Positions 35,980-45,165 of a DNA stretch of 64,000 bases are shown one piece after another. Under the pieces are notes generated by a model, which had not been told where the DNA came from, did not search any database, and saw only the letters and a program-made list of their open reading frames with translations. The stretch covers positions 646,541 to 710,540 of the forward strand of contig OZ246403.1 in NCBI GenBank assembly GCA_965230925.1, read 5' to 3'. Each line of letters opens with the position of its first letter. Position 1 is the stretch's first letter. A program made the position numbers and the translations under genes. The DNA comes from an uncultured Candidatus Saccharibacteria bacterium (GTDB lineage: Bacteria; Patescibacteriota; Minisyncoccia; Phycocordibacterales; JACOZG01).

Positions 35980-36406
35980 GAATTGGAGTTGGAAGACATT
36001 TAATTTTTAGGCCGATGAGGAAGAGAAGAGTTGAAATGAGAGCGGAGCCAAGACAATATAAACACCAAGCTTTAATGAGGAAAGCTTGGGCGAAGATAAA
36101 CCAGAGCGAGGCGAGGAGTCCAATAACAGAAAGTTTGGCCGCGCGCTGGAGCCACACATCATTACTTCCCGCGAGACTTGCGGTGGTGAAGAGGAGAATG
36201 GCGAGATAATAGACAATACCCAAGAGGGCTACTGGTATCGGACCAATGGTTGCGTAGATACTCGAGGTTACTTGTTCGCAACTCCCGATCGCGCAAGGGA
36301 GAATTCCCCCGGTGTAATGGGTGATCGTAAGGTAGGTAGCATCGAGAAAACCGAGGAAACTAAGGAGTGCGTAAGATAGCTTCAATTTGAGATGAGAAAT
36401 CATCAT
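35972..36406 (-). CDS. Vitamin K epoxide reductase (VKOR) family protein
   Basis: Four TM with a Cys pair in the loop (CAIGSC) and CxxC (CLYC) at the start of the last helix. Confidence 0.7.
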   Translation of the reverse strand: MMISHLKLKLSYALLSFLGFLDATYLTITHYTGGILPCAIGSCEQVTSSIYATIGPIPVALLGIVYYLAILLFTTASLAGSNDVWLQRAAKLSVIGLLASLWFIFAQAFLIKAWCLYCLGSALISTLLFLIGLKIKCLPTPIHE

Positions 36407-37004
36407 AATTGCGGGGCATAATTTTCTTACCGTTTAAGAAGAAGGTTGGCGTAGCGCTTACTCCGGCATTGTCGGCTTGTTGGGCGCTCGTTACCACTTT
36501 GGTTTCGAGCTCGCTTCTCGCGCTGTCGGCGGCAAACTTAGTGAGGTCTAAGCCGAGCGTGGTGGCGTAAGTGGTGAATATTGGTTGCGCGTCCGCGAGA
36601 CTTTCCCATTCAGTCTGATTTTCAAAGAGAAGATCGTGCATTTCCCAGAATTTACCCTGGATCCCAGAAGCTTCGGCCGCAATGGCAGCGGCAACGGCGT
36701 TCTCGTGTTGCGGGAGCGGGAAGTGACGATAGGCGAAGGTAATTTCATTGCCATAGCGCTCCATAACTTGTTTGACGATTGGGAAATAAGAAGCGCAGGC
36801 CGGACACTGGAAGTCACTATATTCTATGAGAGATACTTTAGAGTTAGCGGCACCCTTAGCCCAGTCATTTGCAGAAATAGCCGAAACCGAGCCCATATCC
36901 TCGAGCCGCGACTTGGTTCCCGAGTAGATCAGAGCCCCTAAACCAATGAGAATTAAAAGAATAACAATAGCCCACACCATTCCACCCAACTTTTTTGTTT
37001 CCAT
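36360..37004 (-). CDS. DsbA-family thioredoxin-fold oxidoreductase (signal-anchored)
   Basis: FQCPAC active site. Start at METKKLGG; the upstream extension in the track was removed. Confidence 0.75.
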   Translation of the reverse strand: METKKLGGMVWAIVILLILIGLGALIYSGTKSRLEDMGSVSAISANDWAKGAANSKVSLIEYSDFQCPACASYFPIVKQVMERYGNEITFAYRHFPLPQHENAVAAAIAAEASGIQGKFWEMHDLLFENQTEWESLADAQPIFTTYATTLGLDLTKFAADSARSELETKVVTSAQQADNAGVSATPTFFLNGKKIMPRNYDDFSSQIEAILRTP

Positions 37005-37146
37005 GTTGCCAGTGTAGCAAATATCTAGCACCTCAAACTAGACTTGACTAAAATTGCAATTCGTAGTAGCTTCTTGATCAGAGGTATTTTGTTGTTTCTT
37101 TGTTGTCAGCCCTTTAATCGGGGTCTAGATATGGGAGGTAAGAGAA

Positions 37147-37869
37147 ATGGATTTTGCGCTACAAAACTTTCTGCTTTTGTTCCAGGCTCTTGTGAAAATA
37201 AGAGACGAGGCGATTGTGGAGCATCGGGGTTTGTGTCTGAAGATTTCCGAACGCTACAGCCGTCTTTTTCGAAGGAATCGGAAAGAGTGGAAAGAAGATT
37301 TTTTCCAGGAGGCTTGGCTGGGCATTGTTCAGGGTGTTGATTCCTTGTCCTTCGACTCGGAGCGTGGAAAACTGTCTAGTTTTCTTGGTGGTTGTTCAAG
37401 AAACAATATCAGGAATTTTATAGACCTCAATCCGTTTAGGGGCGACTATCAATTGAGTGCCCTGCTTCAGCCAGAGTCTGTGGATGGGTCGGAACAAAAC
37501 ATGGGGTTTATCGAAAGAGAAAGTCCAGACCCGTTTGGGCGCTGCGCCTGGGGAGAGGAACATCAACGAATGCTGGCGTCGGTTGCTACCGTTGTTGATC
37601 TCGTGAAAGGTTGTCACAAGTCCCTTAGAGACAAGCTGATATTTACCTTGCACTACGGTTTGACTGGGTCTTGGGAAATCTGTCCGACTGCTGAGGTTGC
37701 CAGGATGGTCGGTTTGAAAAATCGGCAGCGAGCTGACCAGATTTGCAACGAGGTTTGGGACCAAATTTGTCCTGAACTTGGTTTGGCAAATCGCACTGAT
37801 GCCGATGTGTGGCTGCAACAGGAGGTTGGGAGAATTAGAGCTGTCGAGGACTATCTTGCGGCGGCTTAA
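37147..37869 (+). CDS. Sigma-70 family (ECF-like) RNA polymerase sigma factor
   Basis: Region 2 DFFQEAWLGIVQGVDSLSFDSERGKLSSFL and region 4 HTH HYGL...ICPTAEVARMVGLKNRQRADQ. SD GGGAGG 10 nt upstream. Confidence 0.55.
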   Translation: MDFALQNFLLLFQALVKIRDEAIVEHRGLCLKISERYSRLFRRNRKEWKEDFFQEAWLGIVQGVDSLSFDSERGKLSSFLGGCSRNNIRNFIDLNPFRGDYQLSALLQPESVDGSEQNMGFIERESPDPFGRCAWGEEHQRMLASVATVVDLVKGCHKSLRDKLIFTLHYGLTGSWEICPTAEVARMVGLKNRQRADQICNEVWDQICPELGLANRTDADVWLQQEVGRIRAVEDYLAAA

Positions 37870-37879
37870 CAAGCAGAGA

Positions 37880-37925
37880 CCGAGGCTCGAGTGCATTATG
37901 CGCTCGAGCCTCTTTCATTTCTTGT
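37880..37925 (+). terminator. Rho-independent terminator (perfect 10-bp stem)
   Basis: GAGGCTCGAG-11 nt-CTCGAGCCTC then TTTCATTTCTTGTGTTTG. Confidence 0.75.
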
Positions 37926-37927
37926 GT

Positions 37928-37957
37928 TTGCACCGAAGGGTGAAAAATTTATATAAT
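37928..37957 (+). promoter_or_regulatory. Promoter (TTGCAC-N18-TATAAT) giving a leaderless transcript
   Basis: Perfect -10 TATAAT at 37952-57, 7 nt before ATG 37965. Confidence 0.45.
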
Positions 37958-37964
37958 TAACCAC

Positions 37965-38231
37965 ATGATTTATTTACTCATCTACTTTGTCGCGGGAATT
38001 ATTCAAGATTTTGTGCTCACGCTCAATTGGCAGTTTGTGGCGCGGCACAAGCCATTACCGGCGACATTTTTCTCTTTTCTCGCCACTTTTTTCTCCTGGG
38101 TAATTTTCTACGATGTGCTTACACGGCTTGATGGCGACCGTAGTTTGGTCGCCATCATTGTTTACTCACTGGGTATTGGTGTTGGGACTTATCTTGCGAT
38201 GAAGTCCGGTATCGGAGCGGAGAAAAAGTAA
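37965..38231 (+). CDS. Small membrane protein (88 aa, 3 TM)
   Basis: Hydrophobic product; probably translated from a leaderless mRNA. Confidence 0.5.
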   Translation: MIYLLIYFVAGIIQDFVLTLNWQFVARHKPLPATFFSFLATFFSWVIFYDVLTRLDGDRSLVAIIVYSLGIGVGTYLAMKSGIGAEKK

Positions 38232-38232
38232 T

Positions 38233-38865
38233 TTAGGGTTGGAGAATACCTTCTGTTTTGCCGTTTACTGAAATTACGACTGACTTTACGTTCGAGAACT
38301 GCTTCAAGGTTTCAGTAATTTGTGAGCGGATATTGGTAACGCGGCAAGCACCGGCAACGCCTGTATTAAGACTGGCGCTGAGGTCAACGTGGGCTACTCC
38401 ATTTTCAATTTTTAGACTATTAACTTGAGTTCCTTCGTTAATGGAGGTGTAATAACCTTCGGCTGATTCACTCGCCGTGACGCCACGGAGCGTTTGTTCC
38501 ATTGCCGCGCGGGCCACGGTGGTGGTGCGGGGAATTGTTCGGGCTACTGGATACACCGCCTCGCAAACTAGCGAGCTCGGATTTTCTACACTATTACCGA
38601 AGAAGGCTCGCACCATCATTGTTTCCCCGGTCGCCATGCTTGTGCCGGTGCTTCCGCTACCTACCGTCATGTTGCCGCTTGGGGTGTTGCCACTGCCTAC
38701 GCTAATAGTGCTCGTGCTACCGCTAGTCGTTGTGTCGGTGGTGGTAGCGGTGGTGGTAGTGTCCTCACCGTTGTTTGTGTTTTTCCGGCCACTCAACTTC
38801 GGCCAAGCAATCAGAACGATTACTAAAACGACGACAATACCTAAAAGGATATTATTTTTGTTCAT
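38233..38865 (-). CDS. GerMN domain-containing secreted protein
   Basis: Signal anchor plus Thr/Ser/Gly-rich linker, then the GerMN-like pattern VRAFFGN...CEAVYPVARTIP...AAMEQTLRG...EGYYTSI. Confidence 0.6.
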   Translation of the reverse strand: MNKNNILLGIVVVLVIVLIAWPKLSGRKNTNNGEDTTTTATTTDTTTSGSTSTISVGSGNTPSGNMTVGSGSTGTSMATGETMMVRAFFGNSVENPSSLVCEAVYPVARTIPRTTTVARAAMEQTLRGVTASESAEGYYTSINEGTQVNSLKIENGVAHVDLSASLNTGVAGACRVTNIRSQITETLKQFSNVKSVVISVNGKTEGILQP

Positions 38866-38947
38866 AAATCAGCTAAAATCGGGTCTAATCATTAATAAGC
38901 GTACTAGACTTGTATTATAGGAATAAATCACTTATAGTCAAAGTCTA

Positions 38948-40084
38948 ATGCAAAAAATAATCGTTATTTTGGCTCTATTGCTAGCTATTTTACTACCTGC
39001 GACGGTCTCAGCTGCTGCCATTAATGGTGGACGAGAGTACACGGTGCCAGCCACTCAGACGGTTAATGATAATCTCTACTTAGCTGCGGGGAACCTGGTG
39101 GTCCTCGGTAATACCCTTCGCGACGCCGTGTTTGCCGCCGGTAATCTCAACCTTGATGGTCGGATTGGTCAAGATTTGCTTGCCGCTGGTGGCATGCTCA
39201 ATCTTAGTGGTCAAGTGATTGGTGATGGTCGTTTCGTGGGTGGTAACTTAAGTCTCACGGGCCGCGTGCTAGGAGATTTCCTTTTCGCGGCGGGTGAGGC
39301 TCATCTTGCTTCTGGCTCTCGGGTGAATGGTGATTTGATCGCCGCCGCCGGCCGCTTGGTGGTAGAAGGCGATGTTGCCGGCAGTTTGCTCGCGGCCGGC
39401 GGCGAGGTGGTTATCAATGGCCATGTGGCCGGTCCGGTGAATGTGTGGGCCGAACACGTGGTGCTTGGTGAGAAGGCGGTGATTGAGGGTGATTTGGTTT
39501 ACCATTCGGCCAACCAGGCGAAGGTTGATCCAAAGGCCGTGGTGCGTGGAGAAACCACCTTCCAGTCTGTGAAGGATTACCCCGTTTTTGCTGAGGGCAC
39601 CTTCCTTAATCTTTTGAATACTTGGCGGCTCATCTTCCTCTTCTCTCTCGCTATTACTGGTCTTGTGCTCTTTTACCTCATGCCGCGGATTTTCCGTGGA
39701 GTGGTGCTCACCGGACTTGAGGTTCCGGGCAAAGCCATTCTTTGGGGTATTCTCGGTTTCCTCTTCCTGCCTTTTGTTGTGGCCGCGCTCTTCTTTACTT
39801 TACTTGGTTTACCGCTCGGTATTTTGGTAGGTCTTACTTATCTCAAATTATTGCTGGTCGCTAAGATTTTTGCCGGTACCATCTTTGGTGTTTGGTTGAT
39901 CCGCTTGGCGTTCCGTAGTTCGGACTATGAAGTTAATTGGCAGGCGGTGGTAGGCGGTTTACTCCTCCTTTTTATTCTCGGTCGTGTGCCGTACCTCGGC
40001 TTTGCTCTCACTGCCATTTTCTATCTCCTTTCCTTTGGTTCTTGTATAATCTTTATCTATCGGCGGTTCTTGAATCGCGGATAG
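38948..40084 (+). CDS. Beta-helix repeat (bactofilin/DUF4097-like) protein with C-terminal 4-TM domain
   Basis: Signal peptide, then about 12 degenerate 18-19 aa repeats (AAGNLxLxGxVxGDL), then four TM helices. Confidence 0.5.
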   Translation: MQKIIVILALLLAILLPATVSAAAINGGREYTVPATQTVNDNLYLAAGNLVVLGNTLRDAVFAAGNLNLDGRIGQDLLAAGGMLNLSGQVIGDGRFVGGNLSLTGRVLGDFLFAAGEAHLASGSRVNGDLIAAAGRLVVEGDVAGSLLAAGGEVVINGHVAGPVNVWAEHVVLGEKAVIEGDLVYHSANQAKVDPKAVVRGETTFQSVKDYPVFAEGTFLNLLNTWRLIFLFSLAITGLVLFYLMPRIFRGVVLTGLEVPGKAILWGILGFLFLPFVVAALFFTLLGLPLGILVGLTYLKLLLVAKIFAGTIFGVWLIRLAFRSSDYEVNWQAVVGGLLLLFILGRVPYLGFALTAIFYLLSFGSCIIFIYRRFLNRG

Positions 40085-40091
40085 TATATTA

Positions 40092-41348
40092 ATGCGACGA
40101 TTTCTCACGGCGCTCGGAGTGGGCTGGTTCCTCGGCCTTCGGGATATTCGACGGGCTAATCCTTGGACCACGCTTCTCATCATTTTGGTAATGACGCTCA
40201 CCTTTCTCAATCTCATTGTGGTGAGTGGTATTCTGGTTGGCTTGATTCAAGGCTCGAGTGATGCTAACCGCGACTATTACACCAGCGACTTAATAGTTTC
40301 TAATTTCCAGTCGCGCGAGTACATTGACCGGACGAGCGAAGTTGTTCAAGCGGTAAATAATTTGCCCGGCTTGCGCGCCTACACCAGTCGTTACATACAA
40401 GGTGGCCGGGTGGAAGCGGGTTACAAAACGCAAATCAATGAACGCGACGTGGTTGATAATTCCGGCGGTCTGGTGGCCGGCATTGATCCGGTGAAAGAGG
40501 ATAAGGTGACGAATCTCTCGCGCTTCGTGGTTGAGGGTGAGTATCTCGAGCCAGGTGATTACGACCAGGTTTTACTTGGTTCCAATATGCTCTACCGCTA
40601 TGCGCCAATTGATTCTCCGGGCCTGCAAACGCTCGACAAGGCGGAAGTTGGTTCGCGGGTGCGTCTCGTAATTGGTGATCAGAAACGTGAGGTAACGATT
40701 AAAGGAGTGATCAAGAGCAAAGTGGGTGAGAATGATCAACGGATTTTTATGATTGATCGCGAGCTCCGTCAGCTTATTGGTCGCACTGATTACAATGTGG
40801 ATGAAATTGCTATCGCTCTTCAACCCGGCACTTCACCCGTAACGGCTAAAGCTTGGCTCCTCGAGCGTGGTGTGGGTCGTTACGCCAATATTCAAACTTG
40901 GGAAGAAGCTCAGCCAAAATTCCTCACCGATATCAAACTCACCTTCGCCCTTCTCGGCAATGTGATTGGTACTATCGGTCTCGTGGTGGCCTCCATCACT
41001 ATTTTTATTGTTATTTTCGTCAACGCGATTACTCGCCGACGATATATTGGGATTGCCAAAGGCATCGGCGTCTCGAGTCTCGCGATTGAATTCTCGTACA
41101 TCGTGCAATCGATTTTTTACGCCCTCGGTGGAATTATTTTAGGTTTGCTTTTGGTTTATGGTCTTATCAAGCCTTACTTTGATTTGCATCCGCTTAACTT
41201 TCCTTTTAGCGATGGAATTCTTGTGGCGCCGTGGTCGGGGAGTTTGCTCCGCGCGGGCATTCTTCTCTTGGCGACCATTATTGCTGGCTACATTCCGGCC
41301 AAGATTGTGATCCGTGGCAATACGCTTAGCGCCATTCTTGGCCGTTAA
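40092..41348 (+). CDS. ABC transporter permease, FtsX-like/MacB-type
   Basis: N-terminal TM, about 220-aa periplasmic domain, three C-terminal TM helices. Confidence 0.75.
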   Translation: MRRFLTALGVGWFLGLRDIRRANPWTTLLIILVMTLTFLNLIVVSGILVGLIQGSSDANRDYYTSDLIVSNFQSREYIDRTSEVVQAVNNLPGLRAYTSRYIQGGRVEAGYKTQINERDVVDNSGGLVAGIDPVKEDKVTNLSRFVVEGEYLEPGDYDQVLLGSNMLYRYAPIDSPGLQTLDKAEVGSRVRLVIGDQKREVTIKGVIKSKVGENDQRIFMIDRELRQLIGRTDYNVDEIAIALQPGTSPVTAKAWLLERGVGRYANIQTWEEAQPKFLTDIKLTFALLGNVIGTIGLVVASITIFIVIFVNAITRRRYIGIAKGIGVSSLAIEFSYIVQSIFYALGGIILGLLLVYGLIKPYFDLHPLNFPFSDGILVAPWSGSLLRAGILLLATIIAGYIPAKIVIRGNTLSAILGR

Positions 41349-41351
41349 ATT

Positions 41352-42032
41352 ATGATTATTCGCACCCAACGTTTAACGAAGAGGTTTGGCCAAGGTGAGA
41401 CTGAAATCTTGGCAGTGAATGATATTAATCTCACCGTGAAAGCAGGGGAATTTGTGGCGATTACCGGTCGCTCCGGCTCGGGCAAAAGTACGCTCTTGTA
41501 TCAACTGGGTTTGCTTGATCAACCAAGCTCGGGAGAAATTTATCTTGAAGAGAGACCAGTGGGTCAACTCTCGGGTAATGAGCGGAGTGAATTGCGCTTG
41601 CGCGAGTTGGGCTACGTTTTCCAAGATTATGCGATTCTCCCGGCGCTCACGGCGCTGGAGAACGTGGCTCTACCGCTTCTCGCACTTGGCTTGGCTCGGC
41701 CAAAGGCTTTTGCCAAAGCTCGCTTAGCGCTCGAGAAAATTGGCTTGGGTCATCGACTCAATAACTTGCCGAGCCAGCTCTCGGGTGGCGAGCAACAACG
41801 CGTTTCCATCGCTCGCGCTATTGGTCATGAGCCAAAAATTATTTTCGCCGACGAGCCGACGGCCAATCTCGACTCCGAGACCGCCCAGGTGGTGCTCAAT
41901 GCCTTCCTTGACCTAAATCGTGAAGGCCAGACCATTATTATGGTGACTCATGAAGAAGAATATGCCGAACTTGCCAATCGTCGGATCATTCTCTCTGATG
42001 GCAAAATTGTGGAGGAGCGAAAATCTAAGTAA
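41352..42032 (+). CDS. ABC transporter ATP-binding protein (MacB/LolD-type)
   Basis: Walker A GRSGSGKST, signature LSGGEQQRVSIARA, Walker B IIFADEPT. Confidence 0.85.
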   Translation: MIIRTQRLTKRFGQGETEILAVNDINLTVKAGEFVAITGRSGSGKSTLLYQLGLLDQPSSGEIYLEERPVGQLSGNERSELRLRELGYVFQDYAILPALTALENVALPLLALGLARPKAFAKARLALEKIGLGHRLNNLPSQLSGGEQQRVSIARAIGHEPKIIFADEPTANLDSETAQVVLNAFLDLNREGQTIIMVTHEEEYAELANRRIILSDGKIVEERKSK

Positions 42033-42094
42033 GATTCTTTCTCGTCAGCCGTCTCGACTTGTGATAGCATTACTAGAGTTAAAATATTAGATAT

Positions 42095-42898
42095 ATGAAC
42101 GAAAGAACAAAAAACTATTTAGGTTGGGCTTTGGTCATTGCCGTGCTTGTTATTGCGTATTCAGCTTTCAGTTATGTCAACACCTATGCTGATTCCACTG
42201 AGCCGGGCAATTTCAAGAGTTTCGCCGTTACGGGTGAGGGTAAGGTAGCCTTAAGGCCGGATGTGGCAGAGTTCAACTTCGGTGTAGTTACCGAGGGCGG
42301 AACCAATATTGGCACGCTCCAAGAACAAAATACGTCGAAGGTAAATAAGGCGATTGAGTTCTTGAAAGGCTTAGGTATTGATGAGAAAGATATTAAGACC
42401 GAGAATTACAGCCTCGAGCCGCGGCAAGAATATTCTAATTGTGGTCGTTATCCTTACGCTGGTGGGGTAGAAACTTGTCCTCCGCCACGCATTGTGGGTT
42501 ACACCGTGCGCCAAGGGGTAGCAGTGAAGATGCGTGAAGCGCAGTTCGACAAGATTGGTGAAGCGCTCTCTGGCGTGGTGACCAATGGTGCCAACACTGT
42601 GTCTGGTCTCAACTTTACCGTGGATGATCGACTGAAGGCCGAGAATGATGCTCGTGCGCTCGCGATTGAGCAGGCAAAAATGAAGGCTGAGGCCACGGCT
42701 GATGCTGGCGACTTCTCGCTCGGTGAACTTCTCTCGATTGATGAAGGTTATGCCGGTCCATATTACAATAAATACAGCATGGCTGGCGGCATGGCCATGA
42801 GTGACCGGGCAGAGTCAGCCGCAATGCCGGCCCCGGCTATTGAGCCAGGTTCGCAAGAAATTATCATCAATGTTACCTTGCGCTACGAAATCGATTAA
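42095..42898 (+). CDS. SIMPL domain-containing protein (DUF541)
   Basis: Signal anchor; length and pattern (ALRPDVAEFNFGV...NYSLEP...GYTV...) typical of the SIMPL family. Confidence 0.6.
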   Translation: MNERTKNYLGWALVIAVLVIAYSAFSYVNTYADSTEPGNFKSFAVTGEGKVALRPDVAEFNFGVVTEGGTNIGTLQEQNTSKVNKAIEFLKGLGIDEKDIKTENYSLEPRQEYSNCGRYPYAGGVETCPPPRIVGYTVRQGVAVKMREAQFDKIGEALSGVVTNGANTVSGLNFTVDDRLKAENDARALAIEQAKMKAEATADAGDFSLGELLSIDEGYAGPYYNKYSMAGGMAMSDRAESAAMPAPAIEPGSQEIIINVTLRYEID

Positions 42899-42972
42899 AT
42901 TCCTTCTCAGAATAACTTTGAAGAAAAGTCCCGTTTTGCTCTCGCGGCAAACGGGATTTTTCTTTTATTAAT

Positions 42973-43620
42973 ATGCTTCACTTTGGTTTACAACACATGC
43001 TTGAGAGCTTGATCCGCGATGGAGTACTTGATGATCTCAAACTGCGCGGCGCCTTCCTCACCATTGACCGCCTCGACTTTGTGCCAGAAGATTCGCGAGC
43101 GCAGGCCTATCTCAACGAGGCCTTACCTCTTGGTTATGGCGCCACTCTTTCTCAACCGTGGACCATTGCCTTCATGCTTAACTTGCTTGAACCACAGACG
43201 GGTGATCACGTGCTTGATGTTGGTTCTGGTTCGGGTTATCAAACAGCCTTGCTTGCGTATTTAGTAAATTATGAAGACCAGCGTCGCAAAGGGAAGGTGA
43301 TTGGTCTCGAGCTTGTGCCAGATCTCGCGCGGCAGAGTTTGCGCAACTTGGCCAAATATAATTTTATTCGCCATAGGGTTGTCGAGATCCATTCATTAAA
43401 CGCCGTTCATGGTTACCCCGCCGCCGCGCCCTTCGACAAAATTATTTCCGCCGCCGCAGTAAAAAACATTCCCCAAGCTTGGAAAGATCAACTTAAAGAG
43501 GGTGGTCGCATTGTCGCGCCAATTGGTAACGAAATCGTCCGCCTCACCAAAACTGGCCCCAACCAATTTACCGAAGAACGCTTCCCGGGCTTTGCGTTTG
43601 TACCGTTTCAGGAGGAGTAA
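42973..43620 (+). CDS. pcm: Protein-L-isoaspartate O-methyltransferase
   Basis: SAM motif VLDVGSGSGYQTALLA and ...RIVAPIG. The true start may be the internal Met at 42997. Confidence 0.8.
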   Translation: MLHFGLQHMLESLIRDGVLDDLKLRGAFLTIDRLDFVPEDSRAQAYLNEALPLGYGATLSQPWTIAFMLNLLEPQTGDHVLDVGSGSGYQTALLAYLVNYEDQRRKGKVIGLELVPDLARQSLRNLAKYNFIRHRVVEIHSLNAVHGYPAAAPFDKIISAAAVKNIPQAWKDQLKEGGRIVAPIGNEIVRLTKTGPNQFTEERFPGFAFVPFQEE

Positions 43621-43623
43621 AAT

Positions 43624-43651
43624 TTGACATAATTATAAAACCATGTATACT
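43624..43651 (+). promoter_or_regulatory. Near-consensus sigma70 promoter (TTGACA-N16-TGTATACT)
   Basis: -35 TTGACA at 43624-29, extended -10 TGTATACT at 43644-51. SD AGGAG lies before ATG 43704. Confidence 0.5.
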
Positions 43652-43703
43652 CACGGGAGCGTTTCTTGTTCTTCACATCCAACCTCTTTTTAGGAGTACT
43701 TAT

Positions 43704-44618
43704 ATGCAAATGGGTTTGGGTCTTACTTTGACACAAGGTCACTTCGGTGACGACGATGATCTGAGTTATGTTGGCCAAATTATCGTCAACCTTCTGGCTT
43801 TTGTCAGCTCGAAACTTAATCTGTCGCAGACGCATTACGACATGGTTAACGGCGAAGAAGTGGTTGCCGCCGAGATGTTTATTCGCTACGGCTCGCGCTG
43901 GTTCGTTCGGAGCGAGTCCTTGCCTGCAGACATGTCGTTGAAGGCGATTGGCTTTGACTCTCGGGCGATTTATATCGAAACTTCGCCGATTGATGGATCA
44001 GCCATGATGGAGTTTATTGTGGAAAGAAATCAAATTTTTTCCTACGATAGTTCAGGCGGAACGATTCACAATCAAAAAAGCTCGGTGGTGGGTCGAGTTA
44101 GTAAGCTGGAAAAACCCCGTGTTGGTGAGAACGAACTTTCTCCTCGAGTTTGCTGGGTGATTCCTTTCGGGCCCACACTTCGTGACCGCGAGCAAAAACT
44201 TGTTCGTTTCATCGATCAAGCCTTCGAGGCTGGTGTCTTTTTGATTGAAGACGAACCCGCGATCGACAAAGTTCCTACCGGTGAAATGGAACTGAAACAG
44301 AACATGCAGATGGTTCAGCGGCTCCAGATCGAACAGCGACCGGTCCTCGCGCTTCAGGGTGTGGGTCAGATGGACGCGGCAATGAGACAGACTCAAGTTC
44401 AGAGACTTTTGGCAATTCAACAGCGAGTCATCCGAATGACTCCTGATGAAATGACCAAATTTGCCGCTGAAAAGCTGGTCGAGCTCGGTGAGCGAAAAGT
44501 TCATCAACTCTTCCTTTTCATTCTGGCCGGTCATCTGCGGCGGGCGAAACCGACCCTGACTTGGCCTCAAGCGCGCGAGCTTGCTCACAGGGTGCAAAAT
44601 GGTGCCGTGAGGTTGTGA
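43704..44618 (+). CDS. Hypothetical protein (304 aa, Gln-rich C-terminal half)
   Basis: Strong promoter and SD; no recognisable domain. Confidence 0.55.
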   Translation: MQMGLGLTLTQGHFGDDDDLSYVGQIIVNLLAFVSSKLNLSQTHYDMVNGEEVVAAEMFIRYGSRWFVRSESLPADMSLKAIGFDSRAIYIETSPIDGSAMMEFIVERNQIFSYDSSGGTIHNQKSSVVGRVSKLEKPRVGENELSPRVCWVIPFGPTLRDREQKLVRFIDQAFEAGVFLIEDEPAIDKVPTGEMELKQNMQMVQRLQIEQRPVLALQGVGQMDAAMRQTQVQRLLAIQQRVIRMTPDEMTKFAAEKLVELGERKVHQLFLFILAGHLRRAKPTLTWPQARELAHRVQNGAVRL

Positions 44619-44626
44619 TTCGGTCG

Positions 44627-44665
44627 AGTCCCTTTTTGGGTGGTCACATGACCACCCTTTTTCTT
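44627..44665. terminator. Bidirectional terminator
   Basis: CCCTTTTT-GGGTGGTC-ACAT-GACCACCC-TTTTTCTTTTTTT. Confidence 0.8.
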
Positions 44666-44675
44666 TTTTTAAAGA

Positions 44676-45128
44676 CTACTTCAAAATTTTCTCGACAGCG
44701 GCTTTGACGAGCGAACCATCAGCTTTGCCTTTGAGATCTTTCATTAGAGCTTGCATAAGTTTGCCAGCATCGGCTTTTGTGGTTACGCCAAGTTCGGTGG
44801 CTTTGGCTTGCGCCGCGGTTTCAATTTCGATTTCTGACATTTGGGCGGGGAGATATTTTTCGATTAGTTTAAGTTCGGCGGCTTCGCTCGCGGCCAAGTC
44901 TTCGCGACCACCGGCGCGGAATTGTTCGATAGAGTCTTTGCGCTTCTTGGCCTCGCGACTAATTACCGTGAACACTTCTTCGTCGGTTAAAAATTCATCC
45001 GGCTTTTTCTTTTTCGCCAATAATTCATTGGTAAAAGCCGCCACGAGCCCGCGCACCACGCCGAGCTTCTCGGTATCCTTCGCGAGCATCGCCACCTTAA
45101 TTTCTCCCTTAATATCTTGATGTAACAT
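44676..45128 (-). CDS. GatB/YqeY domain-containing protein
   Basis: 150-aa all-alpha Lys/Glu/Ala-rich product matching the YqeY pattern. Confidence 0.7.
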   Translation of the reverse strand: MLHQDIKGEIKVAMLAKDTEKLGVVRGLVAAFTNELLAKKKKPDEFLTDEEVFTVISREAKKRKDSIEQFRAGGREDLAASEAAELKLIEKYLPAQMSEIEIETAAQAKATELGVTTKADAGKLMQALMKDLKGKADGSLVKAAVEKILK

Positions 45129-45165
45129 CTTTTCATCCTAGCAGAATTACCTCTATAATGCGAGA

